DNA of 64,000 nucleotides from Clostridiales bacterium (lineage in GTDB: Bacteria; Bacillota; Clostridia; Christensenellales; DTU072), in NCBI GenBank assembly GCA_012800525.1, contig JAAZJD010000021.1:85048-149047 (forward strand). The letters run 5' to 3'. Shown here piece by piece: positions 52,069-59,778 of this stretch. A model generated the notes under the pieces. The model did no database searches, was not told where the DNA came from, and saw nothing but the letters and a program-made list of their open reading frames with translations. A program made the translations under genes and the position numbers. Numbering within the stretch: position 1 is the first letter of the stretch; the number at the start of each line of letters is the position of its first letter.

Positions 52069-53816
52069 AAGGCAGCAAATTCAGTTAATATCTTCTTATA
52101 CTCACCTAAAGCTACTTCAAATGGAAGAGTTGTCTCTAGGTTAACACCTACTTTTTTCAACATTTCTATAGGGTAATCAGAACCACCAGAAGATAAAAAA
52201 GTTTTATATTTTTCTATATACGTTGAATCCGAAAGCAAATTACAAACAATAGTTATTGCACTTGTTAATCCTGTCGCATATTTATATACATAAAATGCTG
52301 AATAAAAATGAGGTACTCTTGCCCATTCATATGCAATTTCTTTGTTGTGTTTAACTCCTTGGCCATAGTATTTTTTATTTAATTTCAAATATACATCATT
52401 CAATAATTCTCCTGTTAATGGTTCTCCATTTTCATATATTTGGTGTGCTAAATATTCAAATTCCGCAAACATCGTTTGCCTAAACAATGTTGTTCTAAAC
52501 ATCTCTAAATAATAGTTTAAAAGGTATTTCTTTTCTTGGCCTTTAGCACTTTTCAACATGTGTTTTAATACTAAAACTTCATTAACTGTACTTGCCACTT
52601 CTGCTACAAAAATTGGATATCCAGCTTTTTCATAACATTGCGTTTTATCAGAATAATATGAGTGCATAGAGTGCCCAAGCTCATGGGCTAATGTAAATAC
52701 ATCACTCAAAGTATTTGAATAGTTTAACAACAAATATGGGGGAGAGGAATAATATCCCCAAGAATAAGCACCACTTCTTTTGCCCTTTGATGGATATACA
52801 TCTACCCAACCCTCACTAAAAGCTTTGTTCAATAAATTTTGATAATCTTTCCCTAGAGGCAATAAAGCCTTTTTAACTATTTCTATTGCTTCTTCGTATG
52901 TATAATCTTTCGACTCATCTTCTACTAATGACACATACATATCCCACATATTCATTTCATCAAAACCCAAGATTTTCTTTCTTAATTCAATATATTCATG
53001 CAGTACTGGAAGATATTTATTGACACTACTAAGCAAATTTTCATAAACACAAAACTTTATATTATCTGAATGTAACGATTTACCCAAAGCGTTTTCAAAC
53101 TTTCTAATTTTTGCTATACTACAATCTTTTTTTACTGAAGCAATATATATGCTTGAAATTGTATTTTTATATGCCATATATCCTTTATAATATTTTTTAA
53201 ATGCATTTTCTCTAAGCACCCTATCAAAACTTTTTAAATGTCTAGAATACATTGCATGGTCTAGTTTATGTGATTTGCCATTAGAATCTTTTATATTAGA
53301 ATATTGCAAATCCGCATTATCGAACATTTGAAATATTTTTTTAAAGTCTGATGAAAATGCCGAAATTTGAGATAAAAGCTCTTCAGAATCCTTAGTCAAG
53401 ATATGTTTTTTATTTCGCAAAATTTCCTTTAAGTAAAAACTATAATTCTCATATCTTTTATCACATATCATTTTTTCTAAATCTTTGGATGAAAAAGCGG
53501 CTATTTCAGGGTTAATAAAAGCTGTTGCTGTAGAAAAATCAGTTAATAGTTTTTCAACAACCTCAGTTTCAGCTTGATATTTTGGATTTGCTAAATCTAA
53601 ATCCCTATTTAAACAAGCATAAACATAAATGGCTTCAATACCTTTAGAAATTTCACTTTGTTTTTGTAAACATAAATATGCATTTTCTGAATTTAGATTT
53701 GACTTAAATTCATCTAAAGAATTGATCAAAGAAGAGATTTTCTTTAATTCTTGCCTATAGTCTTCTTCAGTTTTAAAACATTGGGTCAAATCCCAACAAG
53801 TTGATATTTTGCTCAT
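52065..53816 (-). CDS. pepF: Oligoendopeptidase F (M3B family)
   Basis: Zinc motif HELGHSMH with a downstream E (VAEVAST), 583 aa. Confidence 0.9.
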   Translation of the reverse strand: MSKISTCWDLTQCFKTEEDYRQELKKISSLINSLDEFKSNLNSENAYLCLQKQSEISKGIEAIYVYACLNRDLDLANPKYQAETEVVEKLLTDFSTATAFINPEIAAFSSKDLEKMICDKRYENYSFYLKEILRNKKHILTKDSEELLSQISAFSSDFKKIFQMFDNADLQYSNIKDSNGKSHKLDHAMYSRHLKSFDRVLRENAFKKYYKGYMAYKNTISSIYIASVKKDCSIAKIRKFENALGKSLHSDNIKFCVYENLLSSVNKYLPVLHEYIELRKKILGFDEMNMWDMYVSLVEDESKDYTYEEAIEIVKKALLPLGKDYQNLLNKAFSEGWVDVYPSKGKRSGAYSWGYYSSPPYLLLNYSNTLSDVFTLAHELGHSMHSYYSDKTQCYEKAGYPIFVAEVASTVNEVLVLKHMLKSAKGQEKKYLLNYYLEMFRTTLFRQTMFAEFEYLAHQIYENGEPLTGELLNDVYLKLNKKYYGQGVKHNKEIAYEWARVPHFYSAFYVYKYATGLTSAITIVCNLLSDSTYIEKYKTFLSSGGSDYPIEMLKKVGVNLETTLPFEVALGEYKKILTEFAAL

Positions 53817-53872
53817 TGTTTCTCAATAATGATGTTGTTTAAATTTAACCTCAACAAACAGTTATCAACATC

Positions 53873-55303
53873 CTATTTTTCATTAAGTAATTTTTGTTTT
53901 AAGTTATAAAGTTTTGTAGATAAGTCCACCTTATAAATATGTGGATTTAAACGCCTAGTATACTCACTCCAAATTTCTTTATTTTTTTCTTTTGAATACG
54001 ATACTATTTCATCTATTTTGGGGAGTTTGTATATAAGTTTTCCTTTTTCAAAAACCTTAACCATTAAATCTCTCATAGAGTATTCTTCTAATGTCATCCT
54101 TTTCCAAGTTTCAACAGGATGAAAAATTGTTAAAGGCTTTGTTGTATCAAACTTTTCTTCTCTTAACGCAATTAAGTCTGCTACAGCCATTCCATCTTTA
54201 TCATATAAACGATAAGTCGTTTTAAAACCTGGATTAGTGGTCTTTTCTTGAGTATCAGAAAGTTTCATTTTGGGAATTAAATTATTATTTTCGTCTTCAA
54301 TAGCACTTAACTTATATACTCCACCAAGTGAAGGATTGTCATATGATGTAATCAATTTTGTTCCTACACCCCATAAATCAATTTTTGCTCCTTGTGCATT
54401 TAAACTTGCAATTATATTTTCATCAATATCATTAGAGGCGACTATTTTTGCATTAGGAAACCCTGCCTCATCTAACATTTTTCTAGCTTGTTTAGACAAA
54501 TATGCAAGGTCCCCACTATCTAATCTAATACCAATTGGCTCATAGCCTTTTTCTCTTAATTTCTTGAAAACCTTAATGGCATTTGGAACTCCACTTCTTA
54601 AAGTATCATATGTATCAACTAATAAAACACATTTTGAAGGATATAACTTAGCAAAACTTTCAAAAGCCTCAAGCTCGCTACTAAAACTTAAAACCCAACT
54701 ATGAGAATGTGTTCCGCTTACTGGAACATCAAACAACTTGCCTGCTAAAACATTTGATGTTGATGTGCATCCACCAATTATACTTGCTCTTGCCCCATAG
54801 ACCCCTGCGTCAGGACCTTGAGCCCTTCTTAAGCCAAACTCAGACACCGCCCCTCCTGTTTCTTGAGTAACTTTATAAGCTTTAGTTGCTATTAATGTTT
54901 GGTGATTTATTATTGTTAAAAGGGCAGTTTCTATTAGTTGAGCTTGATATAATGGGGCTTTGATAATCAAAATAGGCTCCTGAGGAAAAACAATTTCGCC
55001 TTCTCTCATAGCATAAACATCGCCTGTAAATTTAAAGTTTTCTGCTGCATTAAAAAACTTGTCTCCAAATAAATTTAAAGATTTGAGATATTTAATATCA
55101 GACTCTGAAAAAGATAAATTTTGCAAATATTCAACAGCTTGCTCAAGCCCTGCCACTATAGCAAAATCCTCCCCTCCAGGTTGTTTTCTAAAAAACAAAT
55201 CAAATACTACTTCAGTATTAGCTGTATCATGTTCTAGGTAGCCATTTATCATTGTCAATTGATACAAATCTGTTAATAATGCTTTATCTCTCATTTTTTT
55301 CAC
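53873..55303 (-). CDS. pncB: Nicotinate phosphoribosyltransferase
   Basis: LLTDLYQLTM N-terminus, FGLRRAQG, GTHSHSW and IRLDSGD blocks. Confidence 0.9.
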   Translation of the reverse strand: MKKMRDKALLTDLYQLTMINGYLEHDTANTEVVFDLFFRKQPGGEDFAIVAGLEQAVEYLQNLSFSESDIKYLKSLNLFGDKFFNAAENFKFTGDVYAMREGEIVFPQEPILIIKAPLYQAQLIETALLTIINHQTLIATKAYKVTQETGGAVSEFGLRRAQGPDAGVYGARASIIGGCTSTSNVLAGKLFDVPVSGTHSHSWVLSFSSELEAFESFAKLYPSKCVLLVDTYDTLRSGVPNAIKVFKKLREKGYEPIGIRLDSGDLAYLSKQARKMLDEAGFPNAKIVASNDIDENIIASLNAQGAKIDLWGVGTKLITSYDNPSLGGVYKLSAIEDENNNLIPKMKLSDTQEKTTNPGFKTTYRLYDKDGMAVADLIALREEKFDTTKPLTIFHPVETWKRMTLEEYSMRDLMVKVFEKGKLIYKLPKIDEIVSYSKEKNKEIWSEYTRRLNPHIYKVDLSTKLYNLKQKLLNEK

Positions 55304-55334
55304 CCTTAATTATAAATAATTTAGAAACCCTAAC

Positions 55335-56231
55335 TTACATATTTTTCACATCTTCTGCAGTTTCTGGATACTTTATCATAATTTTGAGATTATCCGGAAC
55401 TCCTTTTGGATACCAAATTATCTCCCCATTTTTTTGAGTAGATATTAATTTATAAGCAAAAATAGCCGCAAAGACAACTGTCGTCACTGCAGTGAAAATT
55501 AAATTTGCAAGTACAACATTATCTACTGATGGACCTCCATCCCTTGTAAAATCCATTAAAAATCTGATGAAACTATAGCTTATAATATACATTAAAATAC
55601 CAGATCCCTTTAATCTTAATCTCTTTTGTATAATTAATATTACTGCAAAAAATAACAAATCTAAGACCATTTCATAAAAAAATGCTGCTTGATAAAATCC
55701 AGAACCAAGTTTTCCATTTGGAATATATACTGCAAGCGGAAACCATTGTGCAGCAGGATTTGTTATCAATTTTCCGTAGATTTCTTGATTCATAAAGTTT
55801 CCCCAGCGACCAAGTCCTTGAGCTAATAAAACCACTGGTAAAACCATATCAACACCTGCCCAAAAATCGACTTTTCTAATTTTACACCAAATATATCCAC
55901 CAAGCACACCAAAGGGAACGCCGGTCATTATAGTTAAACCACCTTCTGTAATATCAAAAATTCTTTTAAATCCACTCCAACTTGAAAAATATTCAGGTCT
56001 TATTAGTACATAGCCAAGTCTTGAACCTATAATGGCTAGTGGAATGCAAATGATAAAAAGCTCAATGAAACTATCAGAAGATAATCCTTGTTTTTTTCCT
56101 CTATAAATGCAAACAATTAGTGCAATTACCATCGCACAAGTCAATATTATTCCATACCAAGCGACCTCAAAATATTTTGAACCTATAGTAAAACTAAATG
56201 CAATTCTCTCAACTTCTCCTGTCCAGTGCAT
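55335..56231 (-). CDS. lgt: Prolipoprotein diacylglyceryl transferase
   Basis: Multi-TM protein with the Lgt signature GRWGNFMNQE and a Y..A.FYE block. Confidence 0.9.
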   Translation of the reverse strand: MHWTGEVERIAFSFTIGSKYFEVAWYGIILTCAMVIALIVCIYRGKKQGLSSDSFIELFIICIPLAIIGSRLGYVLIRPEYFSSWSGFKRIFDITEGGLTIMTGVPFGVLGGYIWCKIRKVDFWAGVDMVLPVVLLAQGLGRWGNFMNQEIYGKLITNPAAQWFPLAVYIPNGKLGSGFYQAAFFYEMVLDLLFFAVILIIQKRLRLKGSGILMYIISYSFIRFLMDFTRDGGPSVDNVVLANLIFTAVTTVVFAAIFAYKLISTQKNGEIIWYPKGVPDNLKIMIKYPETAEDVKNM

Positions 56232-56240
56232 ATGATACCT

Positions 56241-57497
56241 CTAAATATCGAGCTTACAAGCTCCAAAATTACGAATTTTCAAAGAATATATATTTTTTTC
56301 TCCAAAAATCTTGCTCATATTACTTGTAAACTCAGCTTCTTTATCAAGCGTTATAAAGACAAGTATTGTTCCTGCAAAGCCTCCACCATGAACTCTATAT
56401 GCATCAGCACCAAACTTTTTGCTTAATGCTAATGCTAGCGGAATAGGTTGTGATAAATCATTTTGTGAATGTACATTTTGCAATTGCATATGTGAAGATA
56501 AACCTGAAGCCGTAATTAATTTTAAAAACAAATCTTCATCACTTTCTTTTATTGCATATTTGATATCCTCAACCCTTTTATTTTCTTCAAAATAATGAAT
56601 TGCTCTTAAGATAGCTCTTCCTTCAATTTTGCTATTTAACATTGAAGGTATTTTTTTATAAAAATCGTTTTCATCAACAAAACGTAGTTTTTCTTTATCA
56701 AAAAAACTTGCAACTTGTTCCATCTCTCTTCTAATCGAAGCATAGTCATCAATTAAGTCAGAGTGATCGCCACCACAATTAATTACACATACATCTAAGT
56801 TATCAAATTCCCAGTTCATCTTTTTTACTATAGGATTTTTAGGATCCTTAAAATCGATATAACTAATGCCACCAAAAGCGATTGCTGATTGATCCATAAG
56901 ACCAGATGGTTTACCAAAATAAACATTTTCAGCATATTGTGAAATAATCGCTTTATCAACATCTTTTATCTTTGAGTCATTATAATAAACATTTAATATC
57001 TCAGATACTAGCACCTCAAATGCTGCAGAAGAACTCATCCCTGCACCTTTGAATATATCAGATGTTGTCGTTGCATAAAATCCACCGATTTTAAAACCTC
57101 TATCGACAAAACCCTTTAAAACGCCCCTCACTAGAGCCTCACTAGTTCCATACTCACTTTTTTTAACTTCAAGATTATCGATATCAACTTCAACTAAAGG
57201 ATATCCAACACTGTCAATAATAATTTTTTCATCTAATGGATTTACAACAGCCAATAAATCAACTGAAACGGCAGCACAAACCACTTTTCCATTATTGTGG
57301 TCCGTATGATTACCAGCAACTTCAATTCTACCAGGCGAACTGAAAACACTAGTGTTTTTATCAAATTTTTGAGAATGAATTTCATATAAAGAAGCCAGTC
57401 TCTTTGCAGATTGACTAGCTGGTACATTATATATCTTGCGTGAAATTTCTAAAAATTTGGAATTATTTAATAAGTTTTCTAATGAATAAATTGACAT
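56241..57497 (-). CDS. galK: Galactokinase
   Basis: Galactokinase signature PGRIEVAGNHTDHNNG and GHMP kinase motif GAGMSSSAA. Confidence 0.9.
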   Translation of the reverse strand: MSIYSLENLLNNSKFLEISRKIYNVPASQSAKRLASLYEIHSQKFDKNTSVFSSPGRIEVAGNHTDHNNGKVVCAAVSVDLLAVVNPLDEKIIIDSVGYPLVEVDIDNLEVKKSEYGTSEALVRGVLKGFVDRGFKIGGFYATTTSDIFKGAGMSSSAAFEVLVSEILNVYYNDSKIKDVDKAIISQYAENVYFGKPSGLMDQSAIAFGGISYIDFKDPKNPIVKKMNWEFDNLDVCVINCGGDHSDLIDDYASIRREMEQVASFFDKEKLRFVDENDFYKKIPSMLNSKIEGRAILRAIHYFEENKRVEDIKYAIKESDEDLFLKLITASGLSSHMQLQNVHSQNDLSQPIPLALALSKKFGADAYRVHGGGFAGTILVFITLDKEAEFTSNMSKIFGEKNIYSLKIRNFGACKLDI

Positions 57498-57540
57498 TTT
57501 ATTGAGTGCTCCTAAAATTAAATATCTAGATTTAATTATA

Positions 57541-57685
57541 ACAACTTACCTTTTCCTTAGCAACACATATCCTAATATTTTAGATGAAGTATAAAGTGTA
57601 AAGTAAACTGACCCCATAATCTTTTTTTCTACAACAATATGTTTTTTAGCAACACATATTTTAACATTTTGAATGAAGATAATTT
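57541..57685. repeat. Two degenerate direct repeats (about 90-bp period) in the galK-galT intergenic region
   Basis: TTAGCAACACATATCCTAATATTTTAGATGAAGTATAA (57557-57595) resembles TTAGCAACACATATTTTAACATTTTGAATGAAGATAAT (57646-57683). Confidence 0.75.
57604..57619 (+). repeat. Left arm of a perfect 16-bp inverted repeat (TAAACTGACCCCATAA)
   Basis: The exact reverse complement occurs at 63145-63160. The 16-mer contains a GACCCC core that is compositionally unusual for this AT-rich sequence. Confidence 0.9.
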
Positions 57686-57738
57686 AAAAATCCCTCTAAT
57701 AGGTAACCAAAAACAATTACTAAACTTGAAAAAAATTG

Positions 57739-57854
57739 GAAGTAACACGCATTATGCTTAGCACCCAACTAACACAATTAACCTATCTATAATTTAGAAG
57801 TAAACATATTATGCTTAGCACCCAACTAACACAATTAATCTATTTATAATTTGA
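57739..57854. repeat. 58-bp tandem duplication immediately upstream of galT
   Basis: GAAGTAACACGCATTATGCTTAGCACCCAACTAACACAATTAACCTATCTATAATTTA (57739-57796) is followed by a near-identical copy (57797-57854). Each copy carries the palindrome TGCTTAGCA and a TATAAT hexamer. Confidence 0.9.
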
Positions 57855-57929
57855 AATGGTGCATATTTTAAATTTATTTGATATCATATTAATTAGTTAA
57901 AAATAAAAACACTTGTTAAAAGGATAAAA

Positions 57930-59471
57930 ATGAGCAAAGAAACAAATTTAGAAATAAAGAAACATATAGCAAATCTCGTTGAATATGCGATTTCAGAAAT
58001 GGAGCTTGACAAATATGATGCAATTTTTGCACATAATGCTCTACTAGATTTATTTAAACTAGATACCCCCTCTACAGCTTCAAAAAAGCTTCCAGAATTT
58101 CAAACCAGAATCATTGATCCAATAATTGATTATGCTGTAGAAAACAATTTTTGTGCAGATAATGAAAGAATATTATTTGAAACGAAAGTAATGGGGTTAG
58201 TTACCCCCGCTACAAGTGTAGTGATAAGAAATTTTGATGCAATTGCAGCAAATGATGGCGTTCAAGAAGCAACAGACTATTTACTAAATATTGGAATTAA
58301 AAGCAATTACATTAGAAATGTTGATATTGCAAAAAACATAAAGTGGGATGCAAAAGGTGAATTTGGAGATTTGGTAATTACTATCAACTTATCAAAGCCT
58401 GAAAAAGACAATAAACAAGTAGCACTAGAGAGAAGTTTGCCTCAAACTGGCTATCCAAAATGTGTAATCTGTTTAGAAAATCTTGGATTTGCTGGAACAA
58501 TAGCAAAAAATGCTAGACAAACTTTACGAGTAATACCAATGTACTTAAATGAAGAGGAGTGGTTTTTACAATTTTCTCCATATGTATATTTTGATAATCA
58601 TTGCTTAGCAATTTCAGAAAATCATCATCCAATGGAAATTAATGATAAAACATTTATTCGTTTATTCGATTTTATTGAAATGTTCCCTCATTATTTTATC
58701 GGTAGCAATTCAGATTTGCCAATAGTTGGTGGTTCAATTTTGTCACATGAACATTACCAAGGCGGCTCAAAAGTTTTACCAATGTTTAATAGACCTACAA
58801 GAAAGACTTTTGGTAGCCAGAGATACGAAAATGTCAAGATATCCATACTTGATTGGTATAATTCAACAATTAAGTTATCTTCCATGAATAGAAATCAACT
58901 ACAAGATGTTGCAAATGCAATATTAATTAACTGGCGCAATTACACTGACAAAAATGTTGGTGTACATGCTAAAACAGGAAATACTCCTCACAATACAATT
59001 ACACCGATAGCTTCATGGAGCGATGAATTTGGATATGAATTGTATTTAATTTTAAGAAACAATAGAACCGATGAAAAACATCCTTATGGAATCTTTCACC
59101 CTACTGAAGATATGCATAATATCAAAAAAGAAGGAATTGGATTAATTGAAGCAATGGGTGTTTTCATTTTGCCAGGCAGATTAAACAAAGAAATGAAACT
59201 GATTGAAGATATTCTAACAGGTAAAGAAAAGATTAATTTTGCTGCATTTGCAAAAGATGATCATATTTTATCAAAACATCTAGGAATGATTGCCCAATTA
59301 ACAAATGATCATGGCACAGAGCTTGATGAAGAAACTGCCGAAAAGTATGTTAAACAATACATTAACGCAACATGTGAAAAAATATTAAATTGCACAGCTG
59401 TATTTAAAAACGATGAAGCAGGACAAAAAGCATTTGCAAAATTTTTAGCTACCGTTGGTATTACTGAATAA
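57930..59471 (+). CDS. galT: UDP-glucose--hexose-1-phosphate uridylyltransferase (long, Bacillota-type GalT)
   Basis: About 500-aa type 2 GalT with YPKCVIC.EN and SHEHYQGG blocks. It is divergent from galK. Confidence 0.85.
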   Translation: MSKETNLEIKKHIANLVEYAISEMELDKYDAIFAHNALLDLFKLDTPSTASKKLPEFQTRIIDPIIDYAVENNFCADNERILFETKVMGLVTPATSVVIRNFDAIAANDGVQEATDYLLNIGIKSNYIRNVDIAKNIKWDAKGEFGDLVITINLSKPEKDNKQVALERSLPQTGYPKCVICLENLGFAGTIAKNARQTLRVIPMYLNEEEWFLQFSPYVYFDNHCLAISENHHPMEINDKTFIRLFDFIEMFPHYFIGSNSDLPIVGGSILSHEHYQGGSKVLPMFNRPTRKTFGSQRYENVKISILDWYNSTIKLSSMNRNQLQDVANAILINWRNYTDKNVGVHAKTGNTPHNTITPIASWSDEFGYELYLILRNNRTDEKHPYGIFHPTEDMHNIKKEGIGLIEAMGVFILPGRLNKEMKLIEDILTGKEKINFAAFAKDDHILSKHLGMIAQLTNDHGTELDEETAEKYVKQYINATCEKILNCTAVFKNDEAGQKAFAKFLATVGITE

Positions 59472-59485
59472 TCCTAATGTTTATA

Positions 59486-59580
59486 ATCAAAGGTGTTAAG
59501 AAACTAAAATTTTATCCTGACCCCATAAAATTTACAATCAAAGGGACTGTTAAGAAATGAGCTGACCCCAAAAAGTTGGA
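59486..59580 (+). repeat. Two tandem degenerate copies of the element found at the 3' end of the 274-aa ORF
   Basis: AATCAAAGGTGTTAAGAAACT...CTGACCCCATAAA (59486-59529) and AATCAAAGGGACTGTTAAGAAATGAGCTGACCCCAAAAAGTTGGA (59536-59580). Compare the reverse complement of 63130-63180, ATAAAGGGGCTGCCTTTTAAACTGACCCCATAAAGTTGAAC. Confidence 0.7.
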
Positions 59581-59741
59581 CCAAAAAAATCTAACTTAAG
59601 GAGGCCAGTTTTTTATTATCAAAACACAAACACCGAAAGAAAAGACTATTTTTGATATTAGCTGAAATACAAATGTACTTATACGTCGTTTTTTAAAGTT
59701 TCTTAAAGCCTCTTTTTTATTTAATATAAAATAAATATAGT

Positions 59742-59771
59742 TTGAAAAGAAATATACTAATATGTTAAAAT
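59742..59771 (+). promoter_or_regulatory. Putative extended -10 promoter placed for a leaderless dnaX mRNA
   Basis: TTGAAA (59742-59747), an 18-nt spacer, then TGtTAAAAT (59763-59771). The dnaX ATG begins 7 nt after the -10 hexamer, and no SD sequence is present. Confidence 0.3.
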
Positions 59772-59778
59772 TATCACT

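Noticed and set aside
59472-59778. SRP RNA (ffs/scRNA), which commonly precedes dnaX in Bacillota.
   Set aside because: There is no GC-rich domain IV motif (GGUCCGGAAGGAAGCAGCC-like) or extended helix. The region instead contains the degenerate gene-end cassettes.
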